A stretch of DNA of 64,000 bases from positions 434,001-498,000 of the forward strand of contig JAYWIR010000018.1 in assembly GCA_036172245.1 (NCBI GenBank), in the 5' to 3' direction. Positions within the stretch are counted from its first letter, which is position 1; every line of letters begins with the position of its first letter. Below, piece after piece: positions 1 through 10,203 of the stretch. Source of the DNA: Raillietiella orientalis (taxonomy: Eukaryota). The notes under the pieces are model-generated. The model was not told where the DNA came from. It was given only the letters and a program-made list of their open reading frames with translations, and did no database searches. Made by a program: the position numbers and the translations under genes.

Positions 1-279
1 AAAGAGGCTTGTATGCCCAGCAACTTCTTGGAGCAATGGATGACACGATCTTCATGTAATGTGACCTTAGAAATAAATGCTGCAACAGGTGGTACTTCGA
101 CTTCTTACAAACACTGAGATCAGAAACGATTTAAGCAAAATCGTATCGTGTACTGGCTTCAAAGAAGACAGGATTTAGAGAGCAGTTATAATTTGAACTA
201 GACTTCTTGTACTAGTTTGCTGTGTATGAAAGTACGTCATAGGCAATGGTATCGCTTTCGTTAGTGCAGTGCATTGGCA

Positions 280-534
280 TTAGCAAATGACGGTCAAGAT
301 TCTAAAAAGAAAAGTAAGCTCTGCAACAGAAGCAAGATCATTTTTGGTTGAAAGTTGCACCCAACTATCTGAAACGGAGGTTTCATTTGTTCCCAAAATG
401 GGAACATAAATTTCCAACTTGAACATCAATGGTGTGGGAACAAAAACGAAAACGGAAATAATAGGTGATAAAGAACTCATGCTATACAAATGACAGATAT
501 CCCTTCACATATTTTTGTAGTTTTGACCCATAAT
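280..534 (-). pseudogene. Candidate degenerate dsRBD module, frameshifted; likely a downstream part of the multi-dsRBD locus
   Basis: After a tttttcaaag acceptor-like site the minus strand reads (D)YGSKLQKYVKGYLS, like dsRBD helix 1. A shifted frame continues LYSMSSLSP...MFKLEIYVP...STKNDLASVAELTFLFRIL (strands plus helix 2-like). Confidence 0.3.
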
Positions 535-614
535 CTTTGAAAAAAGAAGAAAGATCTAACAACTTTTTAAAAATCATGATGAAGTAATCGCGAACGAGTG
601 GTGAGGGACGACAA

Positions 615-634
615 ATATATATATATATATATAT
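615..634. repeat. (TA)n microsatellite
   Basis: Direct reading of the sequence. Confidence 0.95.
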
Positions 635-639
635 CAGAA

Positions 640-1750
640 ATCCTAATTGCGTTGGAGGGAGTCTTTGACTGATGATGGTATATGAATTTTCGATTTCTCT
701 TCAACCGAATGAATGCTAGAGATCCTTTAGGTTTTGCTGAGAATTTTGTAGTCCAGAGACGAAATACCGGTCGGAAGAGGCTTTTTGCGTTCAGTGCCAT
801 CCGCGAGCATGCCCACCAGCGATTGCCGGTGTGTGTGCCAAGACTCGGCACCAAACGATCATGCAGCAGGCCTTATACATGTGTGTGCATTCAGAAAAAT
901 CAAGTTTCATCCAACTCCATCAGTGACAGGAAAAGCTTGTTTCTAGCATGTGAATTTTCCGAAACGCAGCAGCAGTGATTTTGTGTCTGCACCACCAGGA
1001 AATCTCCTTCCGTGCTTGCGACTCGGCAAAAAATCTGCCTCCCGGAACGCATGGCATGCATTCCTGCCACGACCCCACTCGTGCCTGACGGATGGTGGGA
1101 AATGCATTTGACAAGCGCTTGCAAAGGGGAGCATCGATGGGCTTGGTATCGGAAAACCTTTAAGGGATCGCAATTTGGGATCCAAGGAAAATTGCAGTTT
1201 CGAACTTTCAGGAACTTCGTCTCTATTGCTGTTTTCCAAAAACCAATAGACATTGTGTTTGAGTATTCGCTGCTTGCTTTTGCTGCACGCACCGGACCTC
1301 AAGTTCGGAAGCACGACAGCATTGGTTCCACTAGGGAAAGTTCTATGATGTCGTTGTTCACAAACATTCTGATAGCATTGAGATGAAGCGTGTCATCTCA
1401 AGATCAGCTTTTCTCATTCTCCTAAGTGGAGTTACTTTCACCGCGCTCCAGGATAACTGCGGCCGGTCCACTCCTGTTTGCTCTTGTTTCTCCTCCGCGT
1501 TCTTCGCCTAGGCAGTTCACAGGCTCCAGAGTTCCAGAGCCGAGGCTGCATTTGCAAACTCAAGGTTCAACGTAAGCGCTACGTCTCTGCAGTGCCAGCA
1601 AGTTGAGGTCTTATACGCGCATGTTGCCATGGTTTCAGAGATAGTGTCGTCGGAACACTTGAGTATGTCCAGCGTAAATGATAAACCGTTGGATTTCTCC
1701 CGTGTGACTTTCAGACCCTGGACTGAATCGTCAAAAGTACTCCTAGCTGT
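640..1750 (-). mobile_element. Decayed RTE-type non-LTR retrotransposon, RT C-terminal part
   Basis: Minus strand 879-838 reads CIRPAA*SFGAESW, matching the RTE motif (V/I)RPAMLYGAE(T/S)W. Many stops and frameshifts; limits approximate. Confidence 0.45.
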
Positions 1751-1843
1751 CATGCTCTATCGCCGATGCTTCAGACCGGCGCAGACTTTCGCGGTTTAGA
1801 CGGGGGAAAAAAGCGTGGTAATAGATTGCTGCATGACGCAGAA

Positions 1844-1846
1844 ACA

Positions 1847-1879
<33 letters not shown>
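1844..1879. repeat. (AC)n microsatellite followed by a poly(A) run
   Basis: Direct reading of the sequence. Confidence 0.95.
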
Positions 1880-1901
1880 CAATGGATGAAGAAGGACTTA
1901 C

Positions 1902-2040
1902 AGTTTGGCCAGCTTTCTGACTGTTGCCTGGAATTTTAGAAGCAGACTAAGGGACGCTTGTTCTCCTGCTTGGAATTTATTTTTGCCAGACCCATTGCCT
2001 AAACAACAATTTACCGTAAGAAGGAGTGAGTTGTTAATGC
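1902..2040 (-). CDS. dsRBD exon (beta3-helix2); alternative in-frame acceptor would start it at 1998
   Basis: Reads ...GNGSGKNKFQAGEQASLSLLLKF, the dsRBD G-x-G-x-(S/N)KKxA..AA..AL pattern. GTAAG donor at 1901-1897. In frame with exon 2237-2126 across a phase-1 intron. Confidence 0.65.
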
Positions 2041-2125
2041 CTTGAAACTTCAAAATTGCACACAACACGTCATCCATAGGCATTCGCAGACATCAAGGAA
2101 ACACGTTTCTCATAGCGTCCCTTAC

Positions 2126-2237
2126 CTGAACAAGGCAGCGAAACTTTGCAGAAGAACTTGTATCCTTCCTGGTTCTCCTGCACTTCGTAAACAGCCTCGC
2201 CACAAATGTCGAATACAACTTGGACGTAGGAAGTCCT
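2126..2237 (-). CDS. dsRBD exon (beta1-beta2)
   Basis: Pyrimidine-rich CAG acceptor and GTAAG donor; 112 nt, phase-1 end. Reads RTSYVQVVFDICGEAVYEVQENQEGYKFFCKVSLPCS. Confidence 0.65.
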
Positions 2238-2399
2238 CTGGGAGAAGAGAAGAGGTTATTGGCTGGCTGAAAAAGGTTAGGCTGGACGAAAAAAAGGCGT
2301 TTCCTTTTCTTCGTCCAGCACACTCTGCCCTGTAAGACTGAGGATATAAGAAGTACCGATTTGTACGTTTTAGAGCTTGAATTCAGAATTCAAGAGTAC

Positions 2400-4150
2400 A
2401 TTAGGAACAGTGATCCCTTTTCCCGTTGAATGTCTGACGCAAACTGCCGCGAACAACGACGGGCATGCAAACTCTTCGCCGCTATCCGATTCGAGGGGGG
2501 GCGCGCCACGGATCCAAGAATCGTCGAAGTGTTCGGAAGGAGATTCACCTAGCACGCTGTGTTCACGCTCGACAACACCATGGAGGGAAAACGAAAATCT
2601 CGCGCAGTTGCCGTCATCAGACCAGCTGCACACGGAAGGTAGTCTTTTCGAAGTCGAGACGCAAGGAAGCGGTCCATCGCTTCCCTGTTGATATCTCCAG
2701 CTGCCGTTCGACGCCACCTTATGATGTCGTCAGATCAGGAATGTTTGCACCATTCGTCGACTGAAGATGAACACAAGCTTCACCTTCAATCGGTACCTGG
2801 GAAGCCGAATCTCCCAGCTACAGACCATCCCCGAGTGGACACTCGCTCGCAAGGGAAAGCCGATCCCGGTACTGTCAGCTTTTCCGGTCAACTCCATGGG
2901 AGCTGTACTCTCGCATGTTCGTGAAGGCACAAAGAAATCTGGCTGCTTTGACGAAACGGTGAAGAAAATGACAAGCAAGGCAGCCCGGGGAGCTCTAAAA
3001 AGCGTGTCGGGTACACGTAGAAGAAACGCCCCCCTCTGTCTGTCTTTTACGACATGAACCATCTTTCGAACCGAACTGCGGTGAAAAGAAACCATAACTG
3101 ACATCTGACAGTGCAAAGGGAACCGCTGCAGTTCGGATTGATTTCAACCCTCCTCAACTGGGAAGGTAGAAACAGCAGTGAAGTGCGCTCCGCTTCTTCC
3201 GGAAGAGAAAACCATTGAACTCTGTCGGCAACGACCATTCTTCTCCGTGCCTGTGCGTGCGGATGCCACCAACTACAAGTAGGTGGTTACCAACGACCTG
3301 TTCTGCCGGATCCTTGTTTTTCGGAAAGCGTGCTTCCCAGCGAAGGGCAGCCGCTGTCGTTATGCTTCAGAGCTGCGACTTCGGATTTTCCGCGAACTGA
3401 TGAGTAGCAGTGAACGAAACTGGAGACTACGCGATAAGAGAGAAACTTTGTGAAGTAACGAAAGCATTGCGCTAAGGAGCACTGAAAAATGTAATGACTG
3501 ATGGATTTCTCATCTTTCTGGAGACCCAGCGAGAGAACGACGACAGCAGCGTAGCGGTATTTCTCTTTCCTCTTGGCGAGTTTCTTTCTACATCCCTATC
3601 CTCCACCTGTCTTCCTTGAAGCCGCTTCCTGCTTCCTCTCCTTTTTGGAAACGGAATTTTTCCAGACCAAGTCCTCACCCGAAACGCAATCTTTGTCATT
3701 CTGTCTAATGCGCGAGAGTTCAGGGTGATTCGTTCGATCTGAATCACCACTCACGCTCATCCACATGAACTCGCTTCACCACTGCAGATAGAGGGAGTAA
3801 TCGCCAATTCGTCCTGCGGCTGCGAAAGCCGCAGGACGAATTGATGATCGCTCTCCCTCCCTACAGAAATCTGTCGTGCGTCATCTGTTATCCGTGCGGT
3901 CACGACCACCAATCCCCCGGAACTAGGATGCGAATTTTCCCACATTTGGTCACGTAAGGACGGACATGATCGCATCGATGCAATGGTGCCTTATTCGTCC
4001 ATGCAACCGCCTCCTTGCTCTCGCCTGCCCTTGCCTATCCTGTCTTCGTGGATGATCAGATCCGAGTTTGCAAAGTTTTTGAAGCAGCCGGAGCTGTCCG
4101 AAGAACGGCCTCGCAATTCAGCGCTCTAACTGGAACCGATGAGGACTCGC
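2400..4150 (-). mobile_element. Decayed CR1/L2-like LINE ORF2 (APE endonuclease plus start of RT)
   Basis: Motif remnants in the expected order: EDRIGKGRREQGGGC (DR..GGGV), RALDRM (LD), LLVIFF..PDFFVP, PRYRLKVKLVFIFSRRM (YRPISLL..SK). Heavily degenerate. Confidence 0.4.
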
Positions 4151-5275
4151 TAGGGGAGGCTTTCGTTGGAGTTGGTTGCCTTGAATGCTCAAAGAACGGA
4201 AGTTACGTTTCACCTTCATTGTTCATCTGCGATGAACCAAAGTGCGGTAGCCCTGCGGCAGGAGCAGCGCTCACGGAGTAGGTGGGTTTGGGCTTGTTGC
4301 AACGCTTGCCGATGCCCCGAAGAAGAATTGCGTTGACAACGGACACCCGCGTGCCGCACGCCCTCTGTGAAACGCGGTATGCCTTTGGCGAATCACTGTG
4401 GCACTGTTTGCGTCAGTTCCGCAGCGCGAATCTTAAAACCAGTTTCTTGCTCTTGTACTTAAAGGGAGAGGGGAGGGAGAGCACTCGCCCCGCTGAGTTC
4501 CATTCCTGTGTTTTCCCAGGAAAAACAGCAAATAACGAGTTGGATGAATGGCAGGGGAGAAAGGTGCTTTCGGTAAGAATGTTCTTTCTACTATGAAGCA
4601 ATGGTTAGGGTAGCAGGACAGTAGGGCACCAACAACATTTCGCTAGTGATACGTAAATGCGGTGTGCAGAAGACCTTACATCGACCGTTTCGCAAGCACC
4701 GAGTATGAAGTTCGGACGAGAGTGGGTGCTGCTGCATCGCTAACAGCAGCATCTGCTGAACAAGAAACACGAACATGTGGGGCGTCCTTGTACTGCTCTT
4801 GCAGCCCTGTCAACGTGACAGTTTCCAAACGGCTGCGTCCAGTGCATTCCATTTGCATGGATGTTTACGATGGACACGGTGCACCAATTTTCAACCTCTC
4901 CGCTAACGGATCATGGTGTTTCGTGTGTTTTGTCCCACGTGGAAACGCTCCCGATTGAGTGCCACGGAGATATTCGGCAGCCTCGCGTCATATGGAAGGC
5001 AGGCGTTAGTCCACGTGTGCGGGTCGCTCACATGGAGAAAAAGATTTCTCCATGCGAGCAACCTGCACACCCATCAGAAAACATGAAACCAACTAGGGCT
5101 CCCCTCGGCAGGTGAAGTTCTTTGTCCCTCCCTCGACACATAAGTGTGCTGCTGGTTTTTCCGCAAATGTCACGATTGCAGTCAAACCGATGTGAGTGCA
5201 AGAGTTTACCTACCTTTTCTTCCTGGTATTTCTTGGGAGCGTGTCCTTCCGGCGCTCCACTCCTCTGGGACAAGC

Positions 5276-5360
5276 TGGAACCCATGGGGGGATTCGAACC
5301 CTCGCCTACAGCAGAGAATGGTTGAAGCATGAGATCTGCACATGAAGATGCCAAGATGAC
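5276..5360 (-). other. tRNA-derived remnant or SINE head (Pol III B-box)
   Basis: Perfect T-loop/B-box GGTTCGAATCC on the minus strand (5300-5290), followed by CCCCATGGGTTCCA. The 5' half does not fold convincingly. Confidence 0.3.
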
Positions 5361-5399
5361 GCAAAACGCAGAGTTGCACCGGAAGTGTTGTATTCGAAG

Positions 5400-6900
5400 T
5401 GCACGTCAGGGGGGGAGTGCGAAACGCCATGCGCAAACTGAGTACCGAATTTATGAACTCGTTTCTGGATGCCTGTCACCGAAAGAAACTCGGCCTGGTC
5501 CCTTCATCCGGGACAGGGAGTGAGTACAGACCGGCTCCCGTCAGGGAGCATGTTCACTGCGTTGTTTTCTGCTTACGGTGGGACCCTGAAGCTAACCACC
5601 TGAAAGCGCGGAATCGGTTTGGGACGCGATTCGCCTCGCTTGGCCGGGGCTGGTCGGACTTTTCGAACAGTGTGAAAACTCAGGAAAAGATAGCACGACT
5701 CCGAAGTTTCCAGAGCGAACATGCGCGACCTTGGCTGGTCCCGATTCTGGGGCGATGAACTGCAATGAATTCAAAATACAAGCTGCACACATTGAGACAT
5801 CCTTCACTACGAAGCCGAAGTCGGTCCATTAAGAATTAGCCCAGACGCTGTTCCCTCTCCGAAGTAGCGAAAGATTTGCTTTTCTTGTTGCAGCGGAAAG
5901 AGACCGCCAGTGTACTAGGGGCAAGAAAAAACAGACCAGGGAAGGTAGAGATCGTCTTTGCCTCAAAGATGCATGTTCTAGAACCAGGAGAACAGAATGC
6001 GCTAGATCGGTGCAATCATGCGAACGTGATTTACGATCAAACCCAGAACCACCATTGGGGCTCTTGTTAGGGGAAAAGACATCCGGATGGCGTGAGCGAA
6101 ACGGAACGACAAAGCATTCGTCTTAAGGAGCAGCGACGCCACTCCAAGTAAGTAGTCCGCGAGAGAAGTCACGCCATCCAAGAAAGAAAATCGCCACCAA
6201 CCGACAGATCTTTGCTCCCCGAACTTCACACCATCATGCGTTTTTCTTACCGGGATCCGCGGTTCTGTCTAGAAAATCCAGTTTCGGTATCCATCTGCAT
6301 CCAATGATGCTTTCCAAGGATTTAGAGGGCGCGAGCGGCCGCTTCTTCCCGGAGGGAACTTCCTGCAGAAACGGAGACAGTAGGGCCTTTGCTGCAAAGG
6401 TCTGCATGCTCTTACTGGATCACTCCGGTCGTCCAGCAGAAATGCTCTTTTAGATTTCATGCAAAGGTCAAATATGGAGAACAACTTCGCCTCCGTCCTA
6501 CTTCTCCCCGAAGACGAGCCTAAATTCACATGCTTTAAGTACGGGAGCATGAAAGAGCGGTTCGAAGCGGCAAAAACATCAAGTTGCTGGGAGGACATTA
6601 GCAATAGTAGAGTACCCAAAAAGGAAAGAGTTCGTCCAGAACCGAGTGGTGCGAAAGTCCCATGGCAACCCAGTGCCACACGAAATCTGGAGGAAACTTC
6701 AGTTTACTTCATGCGGAGCATCGCAAATGTTCTACGAATTGTCCAAAGTTAAAGAAAAACCGCCCTTCTGGCAGAGTGTTCTCGGATTCATCACTTCGTT
6801 CACAGACAAAGACAGATATCCCGTAGTAACCGATTTTGCGTGACTCATATGTGGCACAAGAGCACGCTGGACCGCATCCCTCATGATAAGAATTATCCAA
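5400..6900 (+). mobile_element. Decayed hAT-like DNA transposase
   Basis: VHCVVFCLRWDPEANHLK resembles the DDE beta-strand region. KPPFWQSVLGFITSFTDKDRYPVVTDFA resembles the FW...YP hAT dimerisation region. Many frameshifts. Confidence 0.4.
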
Positions 6901-7996
6901 GTCACAAGTTTCGCGTACGCTGTTTCTGAGATATGAATGTGAATCTTGGCCCCGGCCTTGGCATGTCGTGCTCTCTGCGTCAAATCGTTACCAACTCTCC
7001 GGCGATGGGGGGGACGGGGGGGGGCGACTTGTCGATCGACGCCTTCCAAAACTCGTCGACGTTTATAAGCACGCTGACACCGAAACAAGTTTCAACTGAA
7101 TGCCTTAAGTGTAGTCAGAAAGAAGAGTTTATTTTGTGATGCATTGGAGTTTCTTTCACCTCTCGACATTGCTGCTACGACAGGAAGTCGAGACTTAACT
7201 GCTTCCGGCGCCGAGTCACACGAATCCTGAGTGCAAACTCGAACGGCTTGCCAACTTGCTTTCCGCATTGCGGATTTGTCAAAAATTCGAATAACAGAAT
7301 CGATGTAAACATAAAAATCAGCACTTGGAAGCTGTCATAAGAATCAGCAAGTTTTGGAATGTTCACGGCGTGTCTACCCAGGCATTCTGAATCTTGAGTT
7401 CGCAGCGGGAGATGGATGTGTCTTGCGGAGAAATGGAGTTTTCCCGGTGTAAAACCAACCGAAAATTCCCCCCCCCCCCCCCAAATCACCCTATATTTCA
7501 AAAGGTTTGACTGAAGGCAGTGAAAGAGAAACGCAACACTTAACTGATTGAAAAGGCATTTCTTCTTGAATTTACATGCGTAAGATGCAGTATGGGTAAA
7601 TTTACTGCCCCTAATTTGACCGCGTTTAGTATTTGGGGTGCTTGATGCTTTTTATATTCATGGGAACATGACATTCTGGTTGATCAAGTTGAAAGATAAC
7701 TTTTCTTTTGAAATGCACCAAAGTTTCGGGCTATTCTGCCCAATTCTTTCCTCACTGACATGATTAATTTACAAACACTATTAACAATTTATATTTTTTT
7801 TTAACAAATAGTCCACTCAACAACATATTCAGTGTTCACTTTGCTTTAATACATTTCCTTTTAAAATATACCAGACGAATCCTTTTGAAGGCTGAATTAG
7901 GTAATGCATTAAATGAAATTACGTTTTGGACTGCTTACTGACATTTCAAGTTTGAAATTTATATAAACGAACAATAAAGTGTCAAAATCTACAAAC

Positions 7997-8126
7997 CTGA
8001 GCATGTTACAGAGGCAGTACAGTAGTGAACATCATTTCTAGCTTCATTCTGGAAACTAAGGTTTTGAAATAATTGCTTTTCGCAAACTTCACTTAAAAAT
8101 TCACTTGGAAGTTGGAAGTTCTGAAC
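7997..8126 (-). CDS. dsRBD exon (helix1-beta1-beta2)
   Basis: TACAG acceptor and GTTTGT donor; 130 nt, open, phase 0 start and phase 1 end. Reads VQNFQLPSEFLSEVCEKQLFQNLSFQNEARNDVHYCTASVTCS. Phase-compatible with exon 9848-9745. Confidence 0.7.
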
Positions 8127-8385
8127 CTGTAATATGTATAAATGCACTACCAGTCATCAGAAACCTCATATAAATTACTGAAAGTTATTTATCACTTCAA
8201 CATGAAAATATAACAATTTGTGAAGGAAAAATCATTGTGGTTCTGATCCGAAATGCATTCATTAGATTTTACCAAATTTTCTGGCCACTATTCTTGAAAT
8301 GAATCTAAAAGCTCCCTCCTTTGTTTCTTTATTCAAATTGCAGGTAAAAGACAATAATAATGGTGATTCATAATAATGTCAGCAG

Positions 8386-8543
8386 TCACGTCACCCTAAC
8401 TACACATGTTTTGGTTTCGATACATAAGATTGTTAGCCATTTAAATGCAAAACATTCTTGCAATAGTGCTCCTTGAAGATTTGAAGTTCTCAGGTGCTTC
8501 TTTAACTTTATGAAAACATGTAGGCTATCTCTTCTACAGCTCT
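8386..8543 (-). CDS. Possible additional dsRBD helix-1 exon
   Basis: SNLQGALLQECFAFKW resembles the NPVGALQELC..RW helix-1 pattern of TRBP/Loquacious dsRBD2. Splice sites uncertain. Confidence 0.25.
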
Positions 8544-9744
8544 TGAAATGAGGTAAAGTTGAAACAGTCTTATAATCTTTTTTATGCATTTTGAGAACAA
8601 GGAAAATTCTGTGTATATGTTCTGGGTACTGTTGAACTGCATGCTGTTAGACATGTCAGTAGATTTGATCACTGATTATGAATGCCAAATCAACTGACAC
8701 AAATGATCAGTTCTATAATTTAGGTACTTATATAAAATTCATAAAACAAATTGAAATTCTATTTTTTGTCGAATCCAATGAGTAGAATCAGCTATTTGTT
8801 TTCAAAATGGCGTGCAGTTCCAGGAGCTAATACTTAAAACAAATGACAATTAGTGTGAGGAATGATCAGTCTGCCTCTTTAACAGCTGATTTTCAAATTA
8901 GCTCAAATTAGGATGCAAAACTGTGCTTTATTTTAAAACTGTATTCTTCATCATTCCGATATAAGAACACAGCATCAAGTACATTGTAAAAAAAAATTGG
9001 CAGTCTCTTATCTATAAAAACTCTGTAACCAGTGTTGCAAGATGCTAAGGAATTGCTAAGTACTAGCTTGGTTTTGTAAAGTTTTTTTAATAGGTTATGT
9101 TGTTAACCCTTTTAATCATAGACTTGGGAAATTGATTGACATTGCAGCAGATGAAATCATTATCACTAGAATAGTACAGTTTTTGTTCAGTTGCTTTAAT
9201 TTTTTTTCCTTGCTGCTAATCAACAAAATTTCTGAAATTGCTTTTGAAAGTTTCTTGATATGATTGTTCATTGCACAAATTATTATTGCTATGGGTTCCT
9301 ATCGTTACAGATTCTTTTCCACTATTTGGCTTTATACCTCTGTGGATTTCGTGGTTGAATTCCTTTGGTAATTGGTCTTTTTAATCATAACTGATACTTT
9401 AGTTGCATTTGTGTATTTATTATTTCGTTTATGATGTTTGTTCATGTATGCTCTGAAGTAACATAAAAACTGAGTAAGTTGCTTGAATTCTCAATGTTAA
9501 TTGTTTTTTTCAGATCGAACTGCCAAGGAACGGCAAGGTTCTTGTGCCAATTTTTGGTACTGACTGATTGAGATAAGTGGAGGAGTGTATATATGTTTCA
9601 TCTTCCATATAACGCAAAAATTTGAAAACACCAAGACACTAGTTTAAACACAAGTAATTTACAATGAAATCAGCAGCGAAAGTTCTTTAAAATTTTCATT
9701 AAGAGGTCTTCTCATCTAAGACCTAAGCTACCCAGTTTACTTAC

Positions 9745-9848
9745 CTCTTTCTTGTCACTACTGTCTTGGAAGTACAGGATTTCTAATAAAATATTTAAAG
9801 CACATGCTTCTTTTGCTTCATGTGGAGAAGTTCCGTAACCTTTTATTC
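9745..9848 (-). CDS. dsRBD exon (beta3-helix2)
   Basis: TTTTGTAG acceptor and GTAAGT donor; 104 nt, phase 1 start and phase 0 end. Reads (G)IKGYGTSPHEAKEACALNILLEILYFQDSSDKKE. Confidence 0.7.
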
Positions 9849-9957
9849 CTACAAAAGACAAAAAAACATCTGATGTTATTCTCTTTGAATCCCATTTTCA
9901 TATTTTCTTTAAATCATTTTGGGTTCAGTAATTTGAAGCTAATGTTCAAATGTATAG

Positions 9958-10005
9958 TCCAAATATATGGTGTATGTGTTTAGGCACATACACCATATAT
10001 TTGGA
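9958..10005. repeat. Perfect 21-bp inverted repeat (hairpin) with a 6-nt loop, intronic
   Basis: tccaaatatatggtgtatgtg (9958-9978), loop tttagg, cacatacaccatatatttgga (9985-10005). Confidence 0.95.
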
Positions 10006-10047
10006 AGCCTTTTCTTTCGCGAAAATATTAGCAGAAAAGTTGCCTAC

Positions 10048-10203
10048 CTCTATGAAATTCCTTGCTGCTACATACACATTTTCTGCTGGATATATCAGTC
10101 TGTGGCTTCATACCGTTAAGATGCTCTAAGGACATATCATATTTTTGTGGCACTTCAGATCATACATCTTTAAAAGTTTTTTGAGAAATTCCGCAAGATT
10201 CAT
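10048..10203 (-). CDS. dsRBD helix1-beta1-beta2 exon with an apparent single frameshift
   Basis: MNLAEFLKKLLKMYDL, then in a shifted frame VPQKYDMSLEHLNGMKPQTDISSRKCVCSSKEFHR. Ends at a phase-1 GTAGG donor that joins exon 9848-9745 in frame. Confidence 0.45.
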
